Source: Pseudomonadota bacterium
GTDB taxonomy: Bacteria > Pseudomonadota > Gammaproteobacteria > JAKAQQ01
Assembly (NCBI GenBank): GCA_027320085.1
Contig: DAHVLZ010000040.1
Span: 1 to 15,349, forward strand
Length of the DNA stretch: 15,349 nucleotides
Direction: 5' to 3'
Both the position numbers and the translations under genes were made by a program. Each line of letters starts with the position of its first letter. The stretch's first letter is position 1. Positions 7,787-15,349 of this stretch are shown piece by piece. The notes below the pieces were generated by a model. It was not told the DNA's origin. It made no database searches and saw only the letters and a program-made list of their open reading frames with translations.

Positions 7787-10700
7787 ATGAAAGAACTTTT
7801 GCAGCTTTTCCGCCAGCAGCACCCGAACGAGGATTTTGACGCTCTCCGAATCGGCTTGGCTTCGCCAGAACTGATCCGATCATGGTCCCATGGAGAGGTG
7901 AAAAAACCGGAGACGATCAACTATCGGACCTTCAAGCCGGAACGGGATGGACTGTTCTGCACCAAGATTTTCGGACCGATCAAGGACTACGAGTGCCTGT
8001 GCGGCAAGTACAAGCGACTGAAGCACCGAGGCGTGGTTTGCGAGAAGTGTGGTGTCGAGGTCACGCTGTCCAAGGTCCGCCGCGAACGGATGGGGCATAT
8101 CGAGCTGGCAAGCCCCGTCGCGCACATCTGGTTTCTGCGCTCGCTACCCTCCCGGATCGCGCTGACGCTCGATATGACTCTACGTGACATCGAACGGGTG
8201 CTCTATTTCGAGGCCTTCGTTGTGATTGAGCCCGCACTCACCCCGCTCAATCGGGGCCAGCTCCTCACTGACGAGGAATATCTCGAAATGATCGAGGAAT
8301 ACGGCGATGACTTCGATGCCCGGATGGGGGCCGAGGCGATTTATGAGCTACTGCGTACCCTCAAGCTTGATGACCAGATCAAAGCTCTGCGCGGCGAGCT
8401 CGAAGGGACTAATTCAGAGGGGAAAACCAAGCGGCTCGTAAAGCGCCTGAAGTTGCTCGAATCTTTCGTGGAATCAAAAAACCGGCCGGAATGGATGGTC
8501 CTCACTGTGCTGCCGGTTCTGCCCCCAGACCTGCGCCCGCTCGTACCTCTTGATGGTGGCCGCTTTGCCACTTCAGACCTCAACGATCTCTACCGCCGTG
8601 TCATTAACCGAAACAATCGCTTGCGGAGGCTACTTGAGCTCAATGCACCGGACATCATCGTCCGGAACGAAAAGCGCATGCTGCAGGAGGCGGTTGATGC
8701 CCTGCTGGATAACGGGCGCCGTGGCCGGGTCATGACCGGATCCAACAAACGAGCTCTCAAATCGTTGGCTGACATGATCAAGGGCAAGCAGGGACGGTTT
8801 CGTCAGAACCTGCTCGGTAAGCGAGTCGATTACTCGGGCCGTTCCGTGATTGTCGTTGGCCCGACCCTCAAGCTGCACCAGTGCGGTTTGCCCAAGCGTA
8901 TGGCTCTCGAATTGTTCAAACCTTTCATCTTCAGCAAGCTGCAAAACCGGGGTCTTGCGCCCACCATCAAGGCGGCCAAGAAGTACGTGGAACGGGAGGC
9001 GCCGGAGGTCTGGGATATCCTCGACGAGGTGATTCGCGAGCACCCGGTCCTTCTCAACCGGGCGCCTACCCTTCACCGGCTCGGAATCCAGGCCTTTGAA
9101 CCGGTTCTGATCGAGGGTAAGGCAATCCAGTTGCATCCACTCGTGTGCACTGCCTTCAATGCGGACTTTGATGGTGACCAGATGGCAGTGCATGTGCCGT
9201 TGTCGCTCGAGGCGCAGCTCGAAGCTCGCGCGCTTATGATGTCGACCAATAACATTCTGTCCCCGGCGACGGGTGATCCCATCATCGTTCCCACACAGGA
9301 TGTGGTCCTTGGTCTGTATTACCTGACCCGGCAGCGATCCGGTGTGAGTGGGGAGGGCCACTGCTTTAGCGATGTTCGTGAAGTCCACCGGGCCTATGAA
9401 TCGGGAACGGTCGACCTCCACGCTGCCATCGAACTCCGTCTTCCCGCGGAGGAAGGGACGGATTCCCCCTCGTCTTCGCGTCGTGTCAAGACCACGATTG
9501 GCAGGGCGCTTCTTTCCGAGGTCCTTCCTCCCGGGCTGCCCTTCGAGTCGATTAATCAAAACATGACGAAGAAGGCCATCTCAAATCTCATCAACCTCTG
9601 TTATCGGCGCAACGGCCTCAAGGAAACGGTGGTTTTTGCCGATCGTCTCATGTATTTAGGCTTTCGTTTCGCGACCCGGGGAGGGATCTCGTTCGGGGTG
9701 GACGACATGGTCATTCCCGAGGAAAAGGCCGACATTCTCCACAAAGCCTCGCTTGAGGTCAGGGAAATCGAACGCCAGTTCGCGACCGGCCTGTTGACCG
9801 ACGGTGAACGCTACAACAAGGTCGTCGACATCTGGTCCCGCACCAACGAGCAGATTGCCAAGGCCATGATGGACCACATCTCGATGGATGAGGTAACGAT
9901 CGGGAAGGAAAAGCGGCGCGAGTCGTCGTTCAATTCAATCTACATGATGGCAGACTCCGGGGCTCGTGGTTCTGCGGCGCAGATCCGACAGCTGGCCGGC
10001 ATGCGGGGCCTCATGGCCAAACCGGACGGCTCGATCATCGAAACTCCGATCACGGCAAACTTCCGGGAGGGTCTCACCGTCCTCCAGTACTTCATCTCGA
10101 CCCACGGCGCTCGAAAGGGCCTCGCGGATACCGCTCTAAAAACAGCTAACTCCGGCTACCTGACCCGCCGCTTGGTCGATGTGGCGCAGGATGTCGTCAT
10201 CACCGAAGAGGACTGCGGCACGAAAGAGGGCCTCTATCTTCAGCCGGTGGTTGAAGGCGGTGATGTGGTGGAATCACTTCGCGAACGCGTGCTCGGCCGG
10301 GTGCTGGCCGAAGCGGCGGTTCGTCCGGACACGCAAGAGGTGGTTTTGCCCGCCGGCACCCTGCTTGATGAGCGCAATATGGATCTTGTCGAGGCTTCCG
10401 GCATCGACCGGTTGCGTGTACGGTCCCCGATCACCTGTGAAACCCAATTTGGTGTTTGTGCTCAATGCTACGGACGTGATCTCGCGAGAGGCCATCGCAT
10501 TAACATCGGCGAGGCTGTGGGAATTATCGCAGCCCAGTCAATCGGCGAGCCGGGCACCCAGCTGACGATGCGAACCTTCCACATCGGAGGTGCCGCATCT
10601 CGAGCTGTAGCCGAAAACAGTGTCGAGGTGAAAAGTGGGGGTCGGGTTCGTTTCCACAACCTCAAGTTGGCGAAAAACCCGCGCGGTGTCCTGGTTGTAA

Positions 10701-12010
10701 TCTCCCGCTCTGGAGAAATCCGGATCATTGACAGTTACGGCAGGGATCGCGAACGGTACCGGATTCCCTACGGGGCCCAGATCACCGTCGATGATGGAAG
10801 TGAAATCGCTGGTGGTGAGATTATTGCGACTTGGGACCCACATGTCCATCCAGTCATTGCCGAAGTGGGCGGCGTAGCCCATTTTAAGGATTTTATTGAA
10901 GGGGTGACCATCAATCGCCAGGTTGATGAAGTGACCGGGCTCACGAGCATCGTCGTAACCGATCCTAAACAACGGGGAGCCGCGGCCAAGGACTTTCGGC
11001 CAACGATCTTGCTCCTGGATGATGCTGGGCGAGAAGTCTGCATGCCGGGGACAAACATCCCGGTCCACTATGTCCTGACCCCACGTTCGATCGTGGCGAT
11101 TCAGGATGGTACGCGCGTCAACGTGGGCGATGTCTTGGCCCGGATCCCGCTGGAGTCGACCAAGACCCGCGACATCACGGGGGGCCTGCCTCGGGTGGCT
11201 AATCTCTTTGAAGCGCGCCATCCCGAGGATTCAGCGGTCCTGGCCGAGTACTCCGGAACCGTGAGCTTCGGGCGTGAGACTAAGGGAAAGCAGAGGCTCA
11301 TCATCACCGATGACGATGGACAGGCACACGAAGTCCTCCTGCCCAAGTGGCGCCAGATTTCAGTTTTCGAGGGGGAGCGGATCGAGCGTGGTGAAGTCAT
11401 TTCGGATGGCGAACGCGATTTGCACGATATCCTGCGACTGCAGGGTGTGGCCACGCTGGCCGACTATCTAGTGCGCGAGATCCAGGACGTCTACCGTCTG
11501 CAAGGGGTTCGCATCAATGACAAGCACATTGAGGTGATCATCCGACAGATGATGCGAAAGGTCGAGATCACCGACCCGGGCGATAGCCTGTTTTTGCCAG
11601 CCGAAGTGGTCGACCGCACGCGGGTGCTGGAAGAGAACCGTCGGATCAGCGAGAAAAATGGGCAGTTGGCAACTTGGACTCCCGTACTTCTGGGCATCAC
11701 AAAAGCGTCCTTGGCTACAGAATCCTTCGTGTCTGCCGCTTCCTTCCAGGAGACCACCCGGGTTCTCACCGATGCAGCGGTGCGGGGACTCCGGGACGAG
11801 CTTCGAGGGCTTAAGGAAAATGTCATCGTGGGGCGGCTCATCCCGGCGGGTACGGGTTTTGCCTATCACGAACAGCGGCACCGCCGGCGGGGTACCTCGG
11901 CCCAAGAGGAGGCTGTCCGTGTGGCGGAGGCGGCTTTCAACAAGGCAGATCCAGCATCTTCCGCGCAGGAGCCTGCTTCAAGTGTTGGAGAAACCGAGGC
12001 CACAGCTTGA
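7787..12010 (+). CDS. rpoC: DNA-directed RNA polymerase subunit beta' (1407 aa)
   Basis: Catalytic NADFDGD, Zn-finger CLC...CEKC, second Zn-site cysteines and [13 protein letters not shown]. Start set at ATG 7787 (MKELLQLF) with SD GGAG at 7776-7779, not at the ORF-track start 7595, which lies inside rpoB. Confidence 0.99.
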   Translation: MKELLQLFRQQHPNEDFDALRIGLASPELIRSWSHGEVKKPETINYRTFKPERDGLFCTKIFGPIKDYECLCGKYKRLKHRGVVCEKCGVEVTLSKVRRERMGHIELASPVAHIWFLRSLPSRIALTLDMTLRDIERVLYFEAFVVIEPALTPLNRGQLLTDEEYLEMIEEYGDDFDARMGAEAIYELLRTLKLDDQIKALRGELEGTNSEGKTKRLVKRLKLLESFVESKNRPEWMVLTVLPVLPPDLRPLVPLDGGRFATSDLNDLYRRVINRNNRLRRLLELNAPDIIVRNEKRMLQEAVDALLDNGRRGRVMTGSNKRALKSLADMIKGKQGRFRQNLLGKRVDYSGRSVIVVGPTLKLHQCGLPKRMALELFKPFIFSKLQNRGLAPTIKAAKKYVEREAPEVWDILDEVIREHPVLLNRAPTLHRLGIQAFEPVLIEGKAIQLHPLVCTAFNADFDGDQMAVHVPLSLEAQLEARALMMSTNNILSPATGDPIIVPTQDVVLGLYYLTRQRSGVSGEGHCFSDVREVHRAYESGTVDLHAAIELRLPAEEGTDSPSSSRRVKTTIGRALLSEVLPPGLPFESINQNMTKKAISNLINLCYRRNGLKETVVFADRLMYLGFRFATRGGISFGVDDMVIPEEKADILHKASLEVREIERQFATGLLTDGERYNKVVDIWSRTNEQIAKAMMDHISMDEVTIGKEKRRESSFNSIYMMADSGARGSAAQIRQLAGMRGLMAKPDGSIIETPITANFREGLTVLQYFISTHGARKGLADTALKTANSGYLTRRLVDVAQDVVITEEDCGTKEGLYLQPVVEGGDVVESLRERVLGRVLAEAAVRPDTQEVVLPAGTLLDERNMDLVEASGIDRLRVRSPITCETQFGVCAQCYGRDLARGHRINIGEAVGIIAAQSIGEPGTQLTMRTFHIGGAASRAVAENSVEVKSGGRVRFHNLKLAKNPRGVLVVISRSGEIRIIDSYGRDRERYRIPYGAQITVDDGSEIAGGEIIATWDPHVHPVIAEVGGVAHFKDFIEGVTINRQVDEVTGLTSIVVTDPKQRGAAAKDFRPTILLLDDAGREVCMPGTNIPVHYVLTPRSIVAIQDGTRVNVGDVLARIPLESTKTRDITGGLPRVANLFEARHPEDSAVLAEYSGTVSFGRETKGKQRLIITDDDGQAHEVLLPKWRQISVFEGERIERGEVISDGERDLHDILRLQGVATLADYLVREIQDVYRLQGVRINDKHIEVIIRQMMRKVEITDPGDSLFLPAEVVDRTRVLEENRRISEKNGQLATWTPVLLGITKASLATESFVSAASFQETTRVLTDAAVRGLRDELRGLKENVIVGRLIPAGTGFAYHEQRHRRRGTSAQEEAVRVAEAAFNKADPASSAQEPASSVGETEATA

Positions 12011-12036
12011 CAGGATTCCCAAAAAATCAATAAAAT
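12007..12036 (+). promoter_or_regulatory. Putative sigma70 promoter of the str (rpsL-rpsG-fusA-tuf) operon
   Basis: TTGACA (12007-12012, overlapping the rpoC TGA), 18-bp spacer, TAAAAT (12031-12036), in the most AT-rich intergenic patch of the window. A second TTGACA lies at 12036-12041. Confidence 0.6.
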
Positions 12037-12128
12037 TGACATTTTCGCCGCCTATGATTCCATTAGGCTCCGGTCGTTTCCGCTGAGGTTAGGGCGGGCC
12101 GCCGGGGGGGTGGCCCCGAAATCAAAGG

Positions 12129-12154
12129 TCGCAAGCCCCGCCTTGGGCTTGCGA
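12129..12154 (+). promoter_or_regulatory. Perfect 10-bp hairpin just upstream of the rpsL ribosome-binding site
   Basis: TCGCAAGCCC (12129-12138), loop CGCCTT, GGGCTTGCGA (12145-12154); SD-like GGTGAGG at 12158-12164; no U-tract. Confidence 0.55.
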
Positions 12155-12168
12155 ACAGGTGAGGCAGC

Positions 12169-12546
12169 ATGGCAACCGTTAATCAACTGGTCCGAAAGCC
12201 GCGGCACAGTCCGCAGTTGAAGAGCAAAGTGCCGGCTTTATCCGGTTCTCCGCAACGCCGGGGCGTGTGCACGCGCGTCTATACGACGACCCCCAAGAAG
12301 CCCAACTCAGCGCTGCGCAAGGTGGCGCGTGTCCGGCTGACCAGCGGCTACGAAGTGACGAGTTACATCGGTGGTGAGGGGCACAACCTGCAGGAACATT
12401 CGGTTGTGCTGATCCGGGGAGGGCGCGTCAAAGACCTCCCAGGAGTCCGCTACCACATCGTGCGCGGGGCCCTTGACTGCTCTGGTGTGAATGAGCGCAA
12501 GCGTGGCCGGTCTAAATACGGCGCCAAGCGTCCGAAGTCGAGCTGA
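12169..12546 (+). CDS. rpsL: 30S ribosomal protein S12 (uS12)
   Basis: [23 protein letters not shown] and [13 protein letters not shown] motifs; streptomycin-site lysines (K42/K87 equivalents) are wild type. Confidence 0.99.
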   Translation: MATVNQLVRKPRHSPQLKSKVPALSGSPQRRGVCTRVYTTTPKKPNSALRKVARVRLTSGYEVTSYIGGEGHNLQEHSVVLIRGGRVKDLPGVRYHIVRGALDCSGVNERKRGRSKYGAKRPKSS

Positions 12547-12563
12547 TCCGGGGGAGAACCTAT

Positions 12564-13034
12564 ATGTCGAGACGCCACCAAGCCACGATGCGCGAAGTGT
12601 TGCCCGATCCTAAGTACGGCAGCCTCAAACTGGCCAAATTCATCAACGTCGTCATGACGCGGGGCAAGCGCTCATTGGCTGAACGGGTTGTCTACGATGC
12701 ACTCTCTCAGGCCGCCTCACGTCGCGGTTTGGAACCGGTAGCGCTTCTGGATTCGGCACTCGAACGAGTGCAGCCTGTGGTGGAGGTGAAATCTCGCCGA
12801 GTCGGTGGTGCCACCTACCAAGTCCCCGTGGAAGTCCGCTCCGCCCGGCAGATGGCACTCGCCATGCGTTGGCTGGTCGATTCCGCGCGCAAACGCTCGG
12901 AAAAGTCAATGACCGACCGACTAGCGTCCGAATTGCTCGAAGCCGCGGAGGGACGGGGTGCGGCGGTCAAGAAGCGGGAAGATGTCCATCGCATGGCGGA
13001 AGCCAACAAAGCCTTTGCGCATTACCGCTGGTAA
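12564..13034 (+). CDS. rpsG: 30S ribosomal protein S7 (uS7)
   Basis: [26 protein letters not shown] and [15 protein letters not shown]; 156 aa; SD GGAG at 12553-12556. Confidence 0.99.
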   Translation: MSRRHQATMREVLPDPKYGSLKLAKFINVVMTRGKRSLAERVVYDALSQAASRRGLEPVALLDSALERVQPVVEVKSRRVGGATYQVPVEVRSARQMALAMRWLVDSARKRSEKSMTDRLASELLEAAEGRGAAVKKREDVHRMAEANKAFAHYRW

Positions 13035-13059
13035 TCGCCTTCCCTGACGGAGAGTTCCC

Positions 13060-15159
13060 ATGTCCCGGAAAACCCCCATCGAACGGTACCGCAACATCGG
13101 CATCATGGCGCATATCGATGCGGGGAAGACCACTACCACAGAGCGGGTTCTGTTTTATACCGGAGTCTCCCACAAGATGGGTGAGGTCCATGAAGGAACT
13201 GCCGTCATGGATTGGATGGAGCAAGAACAGGAACGGGGAATTACAATCACCTCAGCCGCAACTACTTGTTACTGGAGCGGCATGAACCAGCAGTTCCCGG
13301 AACATCGGATCAACATCATCGATACTCCCGGGCACGTAGATTTCACGATCGAGGTGGAGCGTTCACTGCGGGTGCTTGATGGGGCCATTGCAGTCTTTTG
13401 TGGTGTGGCTGGGGTCGAGCCACAATCGGAGACCGTCTGGCGCCAGGCCAACCGCTACGGAGTCCCCCGTCTCGCATTCGTCAATAAGATGGACCGGGTG
13501 GGAGCCAATTTTCTCCGTGTGGTCGAACAAATCAAAAGCCGGTTAGGTGCCCGACCGGTGGCCCTGCAGCTGCCGATCGGAGCCGAAGACCAGTTTCGCG
13601 GGGTGGTGGATCTTGTGAACCTGCGGGCTGTCTACTGGGATGAATCGGACCAGGGGGTGAGCCATCGCGTGGCCGAGGTTCCTGCTGAACTCGAGCCCCA
13701 GGCTCGGGGGCTCCATGAGAGCCTCGTGGAAGCGGCGGCGGAAGCGAATGAGTCCCTCATGACTCGCTACTTGGAAACGGGGACCCTCTCGGTGGAAGAA
13801 ATTCACCAAGGGCTTCGTGCCCGCACACTGACCTCCGAGATTGTTCCGGTGCTCTGCGGATCGGCCTTCAAGTACAAGGGTGTGCAGGCTGTCCTGGATG
13901 CAGTCATTGATTTCCTGCCCTCCCCTGCCGACTTGCCGCCGGTGGAAGGTAACCGTGACGACGAAGCGCGGACACCGGTTTCGCGCGAACCTCGAGACGA
14001 GGCCCCCTTTTCCGCTCTTGCGTTTAAAATCGCCACCGACCCATTCGTCGGAACCCTCACCTTCTTCCGCGTGTATTCAGGGCAGGTGCATGCGGGTGAC
14101 AGCGTTTACAACCCGATCCGGGGGCGGCGTGAACGGATCGGCCGTCTACTGCAGATGCATGCCAACCACCGGAACGAGATCAGGGAGGTCTATGCGGGAG
14201 ATATCGCGGCGGCGGTGGGCCTTAAAGACATCACGACCGGTGATACCCTCTGCGATGAGAAGGATCTCATCGTGCTCGAACGGATGGAGTTTCCCGACCC
14301 GGTCATCTCAGTCGCGGTCGAGCCCAAAACCAAGGCGGATCAGGAGAAGATGGGCATTGCGCTGCAGAAGCTGGCCCAAGAAGATCCGTCTTTTCGGGTG
14401 CGGACCGACGAGGAAACCGGACAGATCATCATCTCCGGTATGGGCGAACTTCATCTTGAGATCATCGTCGACCGCATGCGACGGGAGTTCAGGGTCGAAG
14501 CCAATACGGGGCGCCCCCAAGTGGCCTACCGGGAGACCATTCGCACCCCGGTCGAGCAGGAGGGCAAGTACATTCGCCAGACCGGTGGTCGTGGCCAGTA
14601 TGGTCATGTCTGGATCCGTCTCCAGCCGCTGCCGCCGGGTTCGGGCTACCAGTTCGAAAACGCGATTGTCGGGGGGGTGATTCCTCGTGAGTACATTCCG
14701 GCCGTCGACAAGGGGATTCGCGAACAGGCGGAAAATGGCGTCCTGGCTGGGTTCCCCGTCGTCGATTTCCGGGTGGAACTGTTTGATGGTTCCTACCATG
14801 ACGTGGATTCCAGTGAAATCGCCTTCAAGATTGCGGGCTCCATGGCCTTCAAGGAAGCTGTCAAACGTGCACGTCCTGTTCTGCTCGAGCCCATCATGAA
14901 GGTTGAGGTGGTGACTCCAGAAGATTTCATGGGTAATGTCATCGGCGACCTTAACCGCCGTCGCGGCGTGGTCCAAGGTCTGGACGACTCCCCGTCCGGC
15001 AAGGTAATCCGTGTCGAGGTTCCATTGGCCGAGATGTTTGGCTATGCCACTGACCTGCGGTCAGGTACCGAAGGCCGTGCCACTTATTCGATGGAGTTTA
15101 GCCATTACGCCGAGGCACCCAACCATGTGACCGAGATGGTCATCAAGAAGGCCTCTTGA
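13060..15159 (+). CDS. fusA: Elongation factor G
   Basis: [19 protein letters not shown] and NKMD GTPase motifs, GMGELHL, HDVDSS; 699 aa; SD GGAG at 13049-13052. Confidence 0.99.
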   Translation: MSRKTPIERYRNIGIMAHIDAGKTTTTERVLFYTGVSHKMGEVHEGTAVMDWMEQEQERGITITSAATTCYWSGMNQQFPEHRINIIDTPGHVDFTIEVERSLRVLDGAIAVFCGVAGVEPQSETVWRQANRYGVPRLAFVNKMDRVGANFLRVVEQIKSRLGARPVALQLPIGAEDQFRGVVDLVNLRAVYWDESDQGVSHRVAEVPAELEPQARGLHESLVEAAAEANESLMTRYLETGTLSVEEIHQGLRARTLTSEIVPVLCGSAFKYKGVQAVLDAVIDFLPSPADLPPVEGNRDDEARTPVSREPRDEAPFSALAFKIATDPFVGTLTFFRVYSGQVHAGDSVYNPIRGRRERIGRLLQMHANHRNEIREVYAGDIAAAVGLKDITTGDTLCDEKDLIVLERMEFPDPVISVAVEPKTKADQEKMGIALQKLAQEDPSFRVRTDEETGQIIISGMGELHLEIIVDRMRREFRVEANTGRPQVAYRETIRTPVEQEGKYIRQTGGRGQYGHVWIRLQPLPPGSGYQFENAIVGGVIPREYIPAVDKGIREQAENGVLAGFPVVDFRVELFDGSYHDVDSSEIAFKIAGSMAFKEAVKRARPVLLEPIMKVEVVTPEDFMGNVIGDLNRRRGVVQGLDDSPSGKVIRVEVPLAEMFGYATDLRSGTEGRATYSMEFSHYAEAPNHVTEMVIKKAS

Positions 15160-15221
15160 GCTCAAGCAACGGCACCCGGAGCCTTTTTCCCAACACCCAG
15201 CTATTAACGAGGTAGAGTCAC

Positions 15222-15349
15222 ATGTCGAAGGGGAAGTTTGAGCGGACGAAGCCGCACATCAATGTGGGGACGATCGGTCATGTGGACCATGGGAAGACGA
15301 CGCTGACGGCGGCGATCACGAAGGTGATGGCGGGTCGGTATGGGGGGGA
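15222..15349 (+). CDS. tuf: Elongation factor Tu, N-terminal fragment (3'-truncated by window edge)
   Basis: Translates [42 protein letters not shown] with the P-loop GHVDHGKT; SD GAGGT at 15209-15213. Confidence 0.98.
   Translation, partial: MSKGKFERTKPHINVGTIGHVDHGKTTLTAAITKVMAGRYGG

Noticed and set aside
6607-7920. 437-aa antisense ORF, plus similar ones at 5494-6357, 8630-9559, 10538-11221 and 14308-14976
   Set aside because: Antisense shadows of rpoB, rpoC and fusA with no recognisable domains; expected from codon bias.
3658-12010. Possible inteins, introns or novel insertions in RNA polymerase subunits
   Set aside because: Lengths (1359 and 1407 aa) and motif order fit ordinary gammaproteobacterial subunits; no intein motifs or frame disruptions seen.
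12169-12546. Streptomycin-resistance alleles in rpsL
   Set aside because: The PKKPNS and RVKDLPG motifs are wild type.
13841-14680. 279-aa alternative-frame ORF inside fusA
   Set aside because: Arg/Ser/Pro-rich composition typical of an off-frame reading of GC-rich coding DNA; no recognisable motif.
15171-15188. Terminator-like GGC-ACCCGGA-GCC-TTTTT between fusA and tuf
   Set aside because: The stem is only 3-4 bp, too weak, and tuf is normally co-transcribed with fusA.
1-15349. A hidden novel gene system, mobile element or CRISPR array
   Set aside because: Every stretch longer than about 200 nt is accounted for by conserved housekeeping genes. No repeat arrays, att-like tRNA duplication, transposase or foreign-composition segment seen.

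Overview
Core housekeeping cluster of a GC-rich (roughly 60%, estimated by eye) proteobacterium, most likely a gammaproteobacterium. Evidence for the lineage: three-helix SecE, E. coli/Pseudomonas-sized RpoB and RpoC with the proteobacterial insertions, and tRNA-Trp between tuf and secE. All genes are on the + strand in the order tuf (3' end) - tRNA-Trp(CCA) - secE - nusG - rplK - rplA - L10 leader - rplJ - rplL - rpoB - rpoC - rpsL - rpsG - fusA - tuf (5' end). The window starts and ends inside the two tuf copies. I found no mobile element, CRISPR array, accessory gene or new protein-coding system; the many antisense and alternative-frame ORFs look like shadows of the real genes. The points worth a second look are small-scale: an extra L12-binding repeat in L10 (predicted L10(L12)6 stalk), extreme G bias at tuf synonymous sites, a structured rpsL leader (hairpins, a G-quadruplex motif, a palindrome over a promoter), apparent absence of the E. 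coli-type L1 and S7 autoregulatory sites, and a few substitutions at normally conserved residues.
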